The position numbers and the translations under genes were made by a program. Shown here piece after piece: positions 10,230 to 19,724 of a stretch of DNA of 64,000 nucleotides (position 1 is the first letter of the stretch; every line of letters starts with the position of its first letter). Source of the stretch: a virus; IMG/VR virus record IMGVR_UViG_3300038620_000134, positions 1 to 64,000 of that record, one strand, 5' to 3'. Below the pieces are notes generated by a model, which was not told the DNA's origin, searched no databases, and saw nothing but the letters and a program-made list of their open reading frames with translations.

Positions 10230-11186
10230 TCATAAGTTACTTGGTAAGTTTTGTTTATTAAATTTAAAATCGTAAGAATGTATTTCATCTACTACATCCT
10301 TTGTAAAAAATACTGCCTGAGTGGGTTCATTAGGATGAATATAACCACCACCATCATCTTCAGATAAGTCATCAACAAAACCTTTAATATTAAGGTCTAG
10401 AAATATTTTTGTTTTTAATCTTGCTACATCTTTTGGGTTTGATTCAGTTCCTCCCAATTCACCAAATAAATCAACAAAGTACCATATTCTGTTAGGTTCC
10501 CAAACTTCTTCTATGGCTTCATATAAAGCATCAAGTGTTTCCCTTTTAAATGGATACTCTGCTTTAACATCTTCAATTAATTCACTTACTTTTTCATAAT
10601 AATCATCATATTCATCATGAACTTCACTTGGCATATGATAAACAACTATTCGTAAAAGATCAAATAATTCATCTATTATTTGAGAATATACTTTATAATT
10701 TTTTTCTGTAACATATTTATAAAGTTTTTTTAAATACACTCCATCAGATGATTCATGGTTTAGTATTTCTTCACCCAAGTAATTTTCCTTTACTTTAACC
10801 ATTTCAATTATATTAAGATTTTCCCATTCTGGAAGATATGGAAAAGACAATTTCATTGCCTGCCAAAACTCCTCTTCACCTTTCCATTTGCGTAATTCAA
10901 AATTTCCTGTATGCCATTTACTTAAATAATTTAACAAATAATCTGGCCATTGTTTTGTTGTAGTTGGATAGCAATAATAACCAGCAGGTGTTTCAAATTC
11001 TGTAAAAGGATTTATAAATGTTGTTGTTCTTTTTTTTCTAAATGAAATAAACCATGGTTCTAATCCATCATCAAAGTCATCTGTTACTCTAATTATAAAG
11101 TCATATAGGTTTTCTTTTTTATTAACGTCTGGACGTCTTCTTTTTTCTGTTATAAACTCGCTTAATGTTTTTATTCTATTTTTCAT
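10230..11186 (-). CDS. Stand-alone paralog of the 374..1909 N-terminal domain (possibly ADP-ribosyltransferase-like)
   Basis: Shared WFISFR, TFINPFT, TPAGYY.YP, KTKI.LDL, GF.D and IHPNEP.QA.FFT motifs. Confidence 0.75.
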   Translation of the reverse strand: MKNRIKTLSEFITEKRRRPDVNKKENLYDFIIRVTDDFDDGLEPWFISFRKKRTTTFINPFTEFETPAGYYCYPTTTKQWPDYLLNYLSKWHTGNFELRKWKGEEEFWQAMKLSFPYLPEWENLNIIEMVKVKENYLGEEILNHESSDGVYLKKLYKYVTEKNYKVYSQIIDELFDLLRIVVYHMPSEVHDEYDDYYEKVSELIEDVKAEYPFKRETLDALYEAIEEVWEPNRIWYFVDLFGELGGTESNPKDVARLKTKIFLDLNIKGFVDDLSEDDGGGYIHPNEPTQAVFFTKDVVDEIHSYDFKFNKQNLPSNL

Positions 11187-11222
11187 ATACTTTTTTTATT
11201 TATTTTAACATAAAGTTTTATT

Positions 11223-11456
11223 TTACAACAGTTCAAATTGCTTGAAATAACTTTTGGTTAAATAATCTGGTATGGGTTTACCGATTTCACTAACTGATAA
11301 AACTACTTGGACAGGATGGTTACTGCGTAAAGACCAACTTATTAATTGATTTTCTTCAATATAAATAAGTTTTTCAACGATTTTCAAAATTAGAGAATAA
11401 TCCTTTTCTCTTTTTTCTATTTTGGGTGAAGGTTGACAATATGCAGAACTATACAT
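11223..11456 (-). pseudogene. Truncated paralog of 36880..37329 (C-terminal half)
   Basis: SAYC.PSPKIEKREK...IPDYLTKSYFKQFEL is shared; the N-terminal half is absent. Confidence 0.6.
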
Positions 11457-11637
11457 TTAATACAAAATATGATATTACGGTTCCAATTATTATTGACATA
11501 ATTAAAATGCTATTTTAAGAAAAGTAACTACTGGTGGAATCGATGTTTTCGGCTTCATCTTCAATGATATAAGCAAAATTAATACCTTTACATCTTTTAT
11601 CCGGTTTTTTTAACATCTTTCAAATTGTTTAGTTTTT

Positions 11638-13545
11638 TTATTCAAAATGATTTACCATTTCATAATAAACATAACTAGGAACAGAGTGCTTTATTCGATT
11701 CCAATTATTAAAGTTGAACTGTTCATTTACGTAGTTCTTAAAAATATCAAAGTCTACACACACCACTCTTTTGTTAGAATCGCTTTCTAGAACACTTTGT
11801 GATAAATCACCAAAATCTGACTTATTTACAATTAGTTTATTAACTTTATAACCACTCTGATTTAACTTTTCAAAAATAGTTGATAGTGAACCCGCATTAG
11901 AAATAATATAATTTATATAATTATTGTCTTGTGAATCGACCATAGAACTAAGTAGAGATTCAGTAAAACTTTGTCCAAACAAATGTTCAGAACACACACA
12001 AACCGCAACGCTTTGAAGTCCATTCAAAGATGAATCAAATGAATAACTCAAGTGCTCTAAAGTAACTGGCTGAAAGTCATCTAAAACAACATTAACTAAA
12101 GTGTTATTATCATTAAACTCAAACTTCCAACACTCATTTTCTTTAATATTTTCATTACGTTCTAAATAAGATTCATAATAATTTTCACTTTTTTCATATT
12201 CATAATCAATTAGCAATTCTTCCTGATCATACGACTGCGGATCATTTGGGTCTTCTTCATAACTCATAACCTTATCCTCATCAAAAGTTATTTCTACTAA
12301 ATCATCTTCATCGCTTTCATCATCAATACTATAACTATTATTTTCAAATGTGTTTTCTTCACTTAAAGAATAGTTTTCAAGATAATTATCAATTTTTTTA
12401 ACATACTCATTAAACTTATGCAATATATTTTTTGTGAAAAACTCTGTTGTTTTCTTTTTTTTCTTTCTAAATGCACTTAATAAAATCTTAAAAACTTCTT
12501 TATAATTTTCATTTGATTCAATTAAATCTTTAGCTGCCTTAACACTAACATTATCAAAATTAATATCAAAGTTTTTAGACTTTAAGATTTCTGGTTTTTC
12601 AAAATCAATGTTATCATAGCGGCTTCCAAAATACTTTATAAAGTTTACAAAGATTTTACTCATAAAATTTACATATCGTTGATCCTTTGGAAGTCTAGAA
12701 TTAACTCTATACTTACTTAAATCTGTAACTTGTAAGTAATTAAGAAAGTCAATAAGCAAAAAATAGTAAAGGTTATTAAACTGCTCTCCACTTTCTTCAT
12801 CTCCCTTGTTAAAAACTTTAGAAACATACGGGTTTACAATCTTTGCAGTATAATCTTTTTCTTTCCCGTTTTTTCTGTAAAACTTAAATACAACACCTTC
12901 TATATTACTATCATCACTTTTATAGTTTAACTTTTTCTTACTAATATCACTAGTAACAATCCTAAGTAAAAATTTAACAAAGTTTGATGTTTTATAATAT
13001 TTCTGCCTATCTTGATTTGAATTCTTTTTATAGACAAAGTCTCTAACTTCATCTTTTTGCTTCTGGTTAAGGTAACCCTGAAAAAGTATGGGTGGATCAT
13101 CTACATCAAAAAAGTTAGCCCACTTTTTAAGTTCATCATAATCATCAATAACTTTTTTAACCTTTCCATTACGTCGAATTGTTATATCGGTTAAAATTAA
13201 ATAATTTTTAGGTGTGTAATTATATCTAATATAATTTGTTTTTAACTCTGGCAGATACATAAAGCCGAACCTGTAATCTTCTGGAATTTCATCTATCTTT
13301 CCATTAACCATACTTTCCAAATGATTAATAGGACTTTCATAATACTGAACAAGTGTTCTGTCAATGTAATTTATAGGAGTGGTATCATTTTTCTTATAAA
13401 ACAACACATGGTCACCACGCCTGCCAAGAGACAACCTGCTCCCATCAACCTTTTCAGTTATTGTAACCTTTCGACTTAACAGGTCATCTAAAAACTGTTT
13501 TCCATAAGTTTTTTCTATATCTTCAAGCGTTCTTATTGATGCCAT
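11638..13545 (-). CDS. RNA ligase-like nucleotidyltransferase fused to a degenerate HxGH cytidylyltransferase-like domain
   Basis: Motif I TEKVDGS, motif IV IEGVVFK, motif V AKIV. C-terminal DDFQPVTLEH resembles GRFQPxHxGH. Confidence 0.65.
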   Translation of the reverse strand: MASIRTLEDIEKTYGKQFLDDLLSRKVTITEKVDGSRLSLGRRGDHVLFYKKNDTTPINYIDRTLVQYYESPINHLESMVNGKIDEIPEDYRFGFMYLPELKTNYIRYNYTPKNYLILTDITIRRNGKVKKVIDDYDELKKWANFFDVDDPPILFQGYLNQKQKDEVRDFVYKKNSNQDRQKYYKTSNFVKFLLRIVTSDISKKKLNYKSDDSNIEGVVFKFYRKNGKEKDYTAKIVNPYVSKVFNKGDEESGEQFNNLYYFLLIDFLNYLQVTDLSKYRVNSRLPKDQRYVNFMSKIFVNFIKYFGSRYDNIDFEKPEILKSKNFDINFDNVSVKAAKDLIESNENYKEVFKILLSAFRKKKKKTTEFFTKNILHKFNEYVKKIDNYLENYSLSEENTFENNSYSIDDESDEDDLVEITFDEDKVMSYEEDPNDPQSYDQEELLIDYEYEKSENYYESYLERNENIKENECWKFEFNDNNTLVNVVLDDFQPVTLEHLSYSFDSSLNGLQSVAVCVCSEHLFGQSFTESLLSSMVDSQDNNYINYIISNAGSLSTIFEKLNQSGYKVNKLIVNKSDFGDLSQSVLESDSNKRVVCVDFDIFKNYVNEQFNFNNWNRIKHSVPSYVYYEMVNHFE

Positions 13546-13912
13546 TTTGATTTATTTGATTAATTTTAGAGGGTTTCGGTGCTTTTTGTCTAGCTCTAAC
13601 ATTTTTCATTCTTTGTGAATAACTTTTAGATGATCTTTCATTATGTTTTGTAAGTTGGCTTAAAACAGTTCCAACTAATCCAGCTGTTAACAAATATCCT
13701 ACATTTTCTTGCAAAAATTCTGGATATAAATCAGGACGTGCTAAGATAGTACCACCAGCGGCAGAAAGTCCTGCACATAAGTTTCTAACACGTTTCCAAA
13801 ATTTAGGAGTTGCCTCATCAACACATCTACGTTTGATACCCACAATTTCATCCCACAACGTTATAAAAAACTCTTTAATATTTTCCCATGCAGTTTTGAT
13901 CCATTTTTTCAT
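13523..13912 (-). CDS. Holin-like membrane protein
   Basis: TPKFWKRV followed by two hydrophobic segments and a basic C-tail. Confidence 0.55.
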   Translation of the reverse strand: MKKWIKTAWENIKEFFITLWDEIVGIKRRCVDEATPKFWKRVRNLCAGLSAAGGTILARPDLYPEFLQENVGYLLTAGLVGTVLSQLTKHNERSSKSYSQRMKNVRARQKAPKPSKINQINQNGINKNA

Positions 13913-13976
13913 TTTTATACTTTTTTATTATTTATTTATAAAAAATTTTAACAATAATAAATAAAAAAAAACTATT

Positions 13977-15422
13977 GTGATCTATCTTGACGATCCAAAA
14001 GAAAACCCCACTTATAATTCATTAACAGAATTTATTAATTACAAAACCAAAAATAAACTAAACAAACAAGACTTAACAAAGCTAGTTTTTGTTAAAAATC
14101 AACTAAAAAAATGTAAATCTATAAAGGAAGCAAAAACCATAATTATAAATGAACTATCCACAGGTTCAGATATTGAAAAAATGAACTTTTTAAGTCTTAA
14201 GGAAAAGCGAGAAATAAAAAGACCTTACCAAACCATTACAGAATCAAACGCTTATAGACACAGTCTAAAGCAAGCTAAAAGTGAAGTTAATCGTCTCAAC
14301 CTTAATACTCGTTCTATTTATCAACTAAATGAATACAAAGATGCTGGAGCACTATCTAAAAGTATCGGTGGTAGAAAGCTATTTAAAGAACTAACTCCTA
14401 CAGATGTATCGCTTGCAAAGTTAGAAATTAAGAAGATATATCAACAAAATTCAGAAATGCAAAAAAATTATCCAGACTTAATAGAAAGACTAGATAAAGC
14501 TTTTAATAAGTTTATAAAAATTTATAATGAAAAACCACAAAGGTTAAAGGATATTATCGCTAGAACAGAAAAAATGAAAAAAAATTATTTGAATGCTTAT
14601 ACAAGATATGTAAGACATGAAATTAAAGATACTTTACTAAACATTTTGAAAGATAAAAAAGATGTTAAACAGGAACAGGATTATATTGAAAAAGAGTTGG
14701 CAAAAGTGATGAATATTAAAGTATCTGAAGTAAAAGAAATTTTAACACTAAAAGATAAAAATATACAACGCTTGATGAGGCGGTACTTAAAAAGTAAAGA
14801 ATCTGTTGATGTAGCAGATGTAATAAATCTTGTAAGACAAGAACATGATGATAATTCAAAAAACTTTATGAACCAAAATTTTAAACTTGCTTATGTTTAT
14901 GAAGCTATAAAAGAAGTTTATAATAAATTTTTAGCTAAAATTAAAAGAACCCTAGAAAATTCTGCAAATCAGGATGTAAAAATTATAGAACGACCAGGAA
15001 AATTTAAAAAAGCAGGAAAAGCTTTAGCAAAATTTCTTTTTGGAAAATTTGTACAAAAAAGATATGACACTTTTCTAGATCTCAAAGATATTACTGGTTA
15101 CAGAGCAATGTGCGATAATTTAGATAGTTACTTAGACTTTTTAATTAAAGTATCTGAACTAAAACAATTTAAAATTTTTAAGCTGAAAAAAGCTATCGGT
15201 GAACCATCTCCATATCAAGGAACTAATTTTGGTTTAAGCTTCGAAGGAAGTGTATACACAGAACTACAAGTTGTACTTGACTATTCACAAGTAGCAGCGG
15301 ATATTGGTCATGACATTTTTTACAAAACTATTGTTCAAGTAGATCCAAAACAAGAAGAAAAAATCGTTGCCATTATTCAAATGGCACTAGCTTTAACTTT
15401 TTATGAAATGGAAAAGAAATAA
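13977..15422 (+). CDS. RelA/SpoT-family (small alarmone synthetase-like) domain protein
   Basis: C-terminal DLKDITGYR, YQGTN, TELQV and GHDIFYK match the synthetase motifs DxxGxR, YxxxH, ExQx and HxxxYK. Confidence 0.7.
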   Translation: MIYLDDPKENPTYNSLTEFINYKTKNKLNKQDLTKLVFVKNQLKKCKSIKEAKTIIINELSTGSDIEKMNFLSLKEKREIKRPYQTITESNAYRHSLKQAKSEVNRLNLNTRSIYQLNEYKDAGALSKSIGGRKLFKELTPTDVSLAKLEIKKIYQQNSEMQKNYPDLIERLDKAFNKFIKIYNEKPQRLKDIIARTEKMKKNYLNAYTRYVRHEIKDTLLNILKDKKDVKQEQDYIEKELAKVMNIKVSEVKEILTLKDKNIQRLMRRYLKSKESVDVADVINLVRQEHDDNSKNFMNQNFKLAYVYEAIKEVYNKFLAKIKRTLENSANQDVKIIERPGKFKKAGKALAKFLFGKFVQKRYDTFLDLKDITGYRAMCDNLDSYLDFLIKVSELKQFKIFKLKKAIGEPSPYQGTNFGLSFEGSVYTELQVVLDYSQVAADIGHDIFYKTIVQVDPKQEEKIVAIIQMALALTFYEMEKK

Positions 15423-15429
15423 CAGAAAC

Positions 15430-15873
15430 TTAATCATTAAGTTTTAAACTAATTTCACTTTTGAACTTATACATGTAATCTTTATACCGATCTGATTTTT
15501 GAAGAATCCCATTGCGTACATACGAAACAGTATCAAATTCTTCAAGAAAACCAAGATCGTAAAGAGGACTTTGAATCAGTGAAATATCTTCAGCCAAAGT
15601 ACCAAAGTCATTTAAGAGCTGTTCTTGTTTTTCTGATTCTGTTTTTCCATCGTTAATATCAAAAATGGTGGGAACAGCATCTGCAAATTCGCTTTCTTGC
15701 TTATCGCTTTTATCAGCCAATAACTTAATTTTTTCAAGGGATAAATCAAGTTTCTTAGCATATTCTGGCATTCCAGCTTTTTCTAAAACTTTTACATATT
15801 TAGAAAAAAGGTTAATAACCAAAGTTGGATTCTCAGTTAGTTCTTCAAAACGCTTATTTTTTCGATTTTCCAT
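15430..15873 (-). CDS. Hypothetical protein
   Basis: 147-aa ORF convergent with the RelA-like gene. Confidence 0.7.
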   Translation of the reverse strand: MENRKNKRFEELTENPTLVINLFSKYVKVLEKAGMPEYAKKLDLSLEKIKLLADKSDKQESEFADAVPTIFDINDGKTESEKQEQLLNDFGTLAEDISLIQSPLYDLGFLEEFDTVSYVRNGILQKSDRYKDYMYKFKSEISLKLND

Positions 15874-15954
15874 AAGTTCAACTTTTTTAGTTTGAAAAAT
15901 TTAACCTTCTGCACTAATATAACAACAAAATCAAATCTAAAGTTCAAAATAAAA

Positions 15955-15984
15955 ATCCCATAGCTATAATAAAAACTATGGGAT
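15955..15984 (-). terminator. Intrinsic terminator downstream of the SSB gene
   Basis: ATCCCATAG...CTATGGGAT preceded by an A-run. Confidence 0.55.
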
Positions 15985-16024
15985 CAAAACCAACATGTGA
16001 TACTAATTCAAAAACCGAAAAAGA

Positions 16025-17107
16025 TTATAAGTCGTCTAAAATATCATCAAAGTCATCTTCACTGTTGCCCCCAGAAGATTTATTAGAACCGGTACTACTA
16101 TCTTCACCCTCTAAATTATCTGGAAAACTTTTGTTGTCAGTAGAACTAGACTTTGAAATTCGATCCAGTTCATCTTCATCGTCTTCATCAGAACTTTTAC
16201 TTTTTGGTTTTGAAGATGAGTATTCCTTACCTATAATGTCCTTGTAATATTTTTCTTCAACGTGCTTTCTAATGAAAGCTTTGAGATTTTCAATAGTTTC
16301 TTCACTAGGTGGTTGATACTCGAACTGTTCAAAATCAGGGCTTTCACGCTCAAGATATTCTTTAACGCGTTGAAGGTCTTCTTCAGTATTACTAATCCTA
16401 ATGAGTTTTCCATTTTCATCATATTCAAACTCATTGTTCTCATTCGGAACCGCAATGGGTGTGACCTTTGATACAAAGCCACAAGCAGTATAATCGTTTT
16501 TAATTGGATCATCAGTTGGGTTTTCAACTTTGATGTTGAATTCTTTGGCTTCCAATAAGTTTGTTGGAAGCATCCTTTCATCTTCATCGTCATTCCAACG
16601 AAGATCCCTAACCTGCTTCCATATATGTTGATTAAGCTGCATAACCCTAATTTTTCCATTTAGTTCAGGATAAACCTTATCATCAATAATCTGAACTAAC
16701 ATAAAATGTTGGGGTTCACCTGAACGTTTGAAAAAGTCAGCTTTTTTAGCCTGCATAGGGTCTTTGTCCTTAAGGTTATAAAGCTTTTGCCACATTTTTC
16801 GAACTAAGTTATCTTCTTCTTTTGAGCGCCCCGCTGTTTCATCGTATTTTCCCTCCCAGCGAATCGGGCCTTCTTCTTCATCTCTAATGTTATAGTAAAT
16901 GTACTTACGAATAAACCATTTACTAGGATCTTTGTACCAAGGCACAAAACGTATTCTTGATTTGTAAACTCTGTCCTTTGCATCATGCGGACGGGGGCGG
17001 TACATTACTTCTTGAATACCACCCTTTTCATCATCAGATTCATTGGATGATGAACCAGATAGATTCAATTGAGAATTTGGCTTAAATAGATCTTTCAAGT
17101 CTGACAT
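16025..17107 (-). CDS. Single-stranded DNA-binding protein, T4 gp32-like
   Basis: IRFVP, VQIIDD..YPELNGKI and NDY..CGF motifs; Ser-rich linker; acidic tail DDFDDILDDL. Confidence 0.8.
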   Translation of the reverse strand: MSDLKDLFKPNSQLNLSGSSSNESDDEKGGIQEVMYRPRPHDAKDRVYKSRIRFVPWYKDPSKWFIRKYIYYNIRDEEEGPIRWEGKYDETAGRSKEEDNLVRKMWQKLYNLKDKDPMQAKKADFFKRSGEPQHFMLVQIIDDKVYPELNGKIRVMQLNQHIWKQVRDLRWNDDEDERMLPTNLLEAKEFNIKVENPTDDPIKNDYTACGFVSKVTPIAVPNENNEFEYDENGKLIRISNTEEDLQRVKEYLERESPDFEQFEYQPPSEETIENLKAFIRKHVEEKYYKDIIGKEYSSSKPKSKSSDEDDEDELDRISKSSSTDNKSFPDNLEGEDSSTGSNKSSGGNSEDDFDDILDDL

Positions 17108-17247
17108 AATCTTCTACTTTTTCGGATTTTTGATTAAAATATTGGATTTGAAACAACCGTCAAGTTTTTGGAATTCAAATTAATGGATAATATGACTGTT
17201 ATTTGCTTTACCAACTTATGAATTTCCAATAACTTAACTGCATAACA

Positions 17248-17278
17248 CAAATATACATAGGTTCGTTCAACTTGTCAA
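17248..17278 (-). promoter_or_regulatory. Early promoter TTGACA-N17-TATATTTG
   Basis: Read on the minus strand upstream of the SSB gene. Confidence 0.7.
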
Positions 17279-17649
17279 GTATAAATTTGATTTTTCTTTA
17301 AAATACTTTTTAGTCTGTAATGTTGTAATTCCTTAAAATTCTTTTTAGCTCCATGAACATAATAACAACAGTCTCTTTTAACATCAACTAAGTTTTTTAA
17401 TTCATGTGTAAAATTAATGTAAATTTTTGATGGTCCATCAGTTCTATGTGCAGTTCCTTTAACATACTTACTTTTTATAAGACTAAAACACATGCTATAC
17501 TCTACACTTATGCTTAACGAATCAACTAATATACAAGTATTTATAAGACGTGGTTTTTTATAGGTAGTATTAACACCGCCATATCGAACTAAAACTTTAT
17601 AACATGGATAACTAACATTAAAAAATTTTTGTTTTTTTGTATTGGTCAC
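17275..17649 (-). CDS. HRxDGP-motif family protein
   Basis: AHRTDGPS motif; basic C-terminal helix as in the neighbours. Confidence 0.65.
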   Translation of the reverse strand: MTNTKKQKFFNVSYPCYKVLVRYGGVNTTYKKPRLINTCILVDSLSISVEYSMCFSLIKSKYVKGTAHRTDGPSKIYINFTHELKNLVDVKRDCCYYVHGAKKNFKELQHYRLKSILKKNQIYT

Positions 17650-17678
17650 TAACTACTATTTTTTGACATATTTATAAG

Positions 17679-17751
17679 AGCTAGCAGGGAGACTCGAACT
17701 CCCAACCTTTTCATTACAAGTGAAATGCTCTGCCAATTGAGCTATGCCAGC
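17679..17751 (-). tRNA. tRNA-Thr(TGT)
   Basis: Reverse complement GCTGGCATAGCTCAATTGGCAGAGCA-TTTCA-CTTGTAA-TGAAA-AGGTTGGGAGTTCGAGTCTCCCTGCTAGCT. Confidence 0.92.
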
Positions 17752-18184
17752 TATTGGATTTATTCAACCTTTTAATTTTCTTTTTTAAGTTATGATGAAT
17801 AAACTCACACTTTGAAAAACATATTGTAAATGGATTGTCATAAACATACCCCATAAATATTTCATTGGTTATGCCTTCAAAATTTAAATCTACTGTTGCT
17901 GGTCCATCAAGTCTATGTTTAACTTGATCTAATTTATCTGAATGAAATCCATATCTAATGTTAAAGTAGACACCCACATAAAATCTAAATTTTACAACAA
18001 ACATTCCTGAATCAGACCCCCTGTGATATTCAGTATTGTACATAATAAGTGAAGGCTTGTAACAAGGAATATCTAAATAATCTTCAATCCGTTTTCCTAT
18101 GATTACTTTATAGTCTATTCCAAGGATGGTTTTTTTACTTCCAGTATTAAATTTTACAACTGCACCTTTCTTTCTATTTATCAT
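17714..18184 (-). CDS. HRxDGP-motif family protein
   Basis: KHRLDGPA motif; the 3' end overlaps tRNA-Thr. Confidence 0.7.
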   Translation of the reverse strand: MINRKKGAVVKFNTGSKKTILGIDYKVIIGKRIEDYLDIPCYKPSLIMYNTEYHRGSDSGMFVVKFRFYVGVYFNIRYGFHSDKLDQVKHRLDGPATVDLNFEGITNEIFMGYVYDNPFTICFSKCEFIHHNLKKKIKRLNKSNSWHSSIGRAFHL

Positions 18185-18665
18185 AATGACTAGTTTTTAG
18201 TAACCTTTTCTTAAGCTTATAGTCGTAAATTAATTTTTTAATTTCAGCAAAATGTTCTTTCATTTTGTTGCTTCCATTTTCTTTCATAAAACTGTAAAAA
18301 ATTTTAAATGTTTCTTTATCATTTGCATTATCTTTTCTTTCTATATCTAAGTAAGAAATAGTAAACAACTCATACAAGTTGTGATTGTCAGTTTCAATTA
18401 CAGCAACTTTTGTTGGGCCGTCTACTTTCAACACATTACAATAATAAATTAAATCGTAATAAAATCGTATTACACCATTAAATTTTTCAAATGTACAGTG
18501 TTTATTATTTTTATTATAGTGGACATCATAAGAAAACACATTGTATTTATAATAATGACTATAATATGGTAATGTTATAAGCTCTGTAATTTCAGTAATA
18601 ATATATTTATTCTTACTACTATAATCCAGTTCTAAAGTTGTTTTTCCTTTTTTGTAATTAATTAT
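18174..18665 (-). CDS. DGPT family tandem paralog; homologous start codon is ATA
   Basis: The frame is open upstream of 18539 to caactATA at 18665 (IINYKKG...LPYYSHY), aligning with MVNYKKR...LPYYSHY of the paralogs. Confidence 0.65.
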   Translation of the reverse strand: MINYKKGKTTLELDYSSKNKYIITEITELITLPYYSHYYKYNVFSYDVHYNKNNKHCTFEKFNGVIRFYYDLIYYCNVLKVDGPTKVAVIETDNHNLYELFTISYLDIERKDNANDKETFKIFYSFMKENGSNKMKEHFAEIKKLIYDYKLKKRLLKTSHYDK

Positions 18666-18670
18666 AGTTG

Positions 18671-19147
18671 TTACTTCAAATTGTAACTAGCTTTTAGTAA
18701 TCTTTTTTTAAATTTGTAATTGTAAATTAATTTTTTAACCTCAGCAAAATGCTCTTTCTTTTTATTGTTTTCAATTCCCCTAAAGTAATCATAAAGATAA
18801 ATTAAAGGTGTCTCTTTTCTATGCGTTTCTGTTATATTTAAATAGGAAACACCAAATAATTCATAATTATTGTCTTTTGTTGATTTAGTTATACAAACTC
18901 CTGTTGGACCATCTAACTTTAATCTATTATAGGGATCAATTAAACTATAACTAAACCGTATATTAATAATAAAATTGACATCTCTACTAACCCTTGCAAT
19001 TCCGTTACCATAGTCAAATAGATTAAATTTATGATAATGGCTATAGTATGGTAATCTGGCAAGTTCTTCAATAGTATTAATAATATTTCTACTAGTAATG
19101 TTGTGATTCTGTTTTAAACTTATTCTTCTTTTTTTGTAATTAACCAT
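18671..19147 (-). CDS. DGPT family tandem paralog
   Basis: MVNYKKRR...IEELARLPYYSHYHKFNLF...LKLDGPT. Confidence 0.8.
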   Translation of the reverse strand: MVNYKKRRISLKQNHNITSRNIINTIEELARLPYYSHYHKFNLFDYGNGIARVSRDVNFIINIRFSYSLIDPYNRLKLDGPTGVCITKSTKDNNYELFGVSYLNITETHRKETPLIYLYDYFRGIENNKKKEHFAEVKKLIYNYKFKKRLLKASYNLK

Positions 19148-19152
19148 AGTTG

Positions 19153-19626
19153 TTACTTTAAGTGATTGTTATTTTTTCGTAATCTTTTCTTAAGTTTATA
19201 ATTGTGAATTGATTTTTTAGCATTTAACAAATCTTCATTTGTTACGTTGTCTTTAACTCCTGTAAAGTAATCATGAAAAATAACTGTACTTGTATCTTCC
19301 CTGCCCGTTCCTGATACTTCTAAGTAGGAAACACCAAATAATTTATAGTTTTTGTGTTTTTCTGGTTTGACCATACGAACTTTTGTTGGACCATCTAACT
19401 TTAATATATTATAAAAATGAACTAAACTATAAACAAAATTTATAATTGCAAAGTCGTCATTTTCATGAACTTTCTTAATTCTGTCACCATAGTTAAATAG
19501 ATTAAATTTATGGTAGTGGCTATAGTATGGTAATCTGGCAAGTTCTTCAATACTATTAACAATGTTTCCATTCTTACTATTGTAATCTTGTTCTGAAGTT
19601 ACTCTTCTTTTTTTGTAGTTAACCAT
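19153..19626 (-). CDS. DGPT family tandem paralog
   Basis: Near-identical motifs to 18671..19147. Confidence 0.8.
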   Translation of the reverse strand: MVNYKKRRVTSEQDYNSKNGNIVNSIEELARLPYYSHYHKFNLFNYGDRIKKVHENDDFAIINFVYSLVHFYNILKLDGPTKVRMVKPEKHKNYKLFGVSYLEVSGTGREDTSTVIFHDYFTGVKDNVTNEDLLNAKKSIHNYKLKKRLRKNNNHLK

Positions 19627-19724
19627 AGTTGTTACTTTGATTTGAAGTGGTTTTTAACTATTTATATTTATTGTAACAAGCTGCAAATATAACAAAAATA
19701 CAACGCAGTAAGTTCTCAACTATT

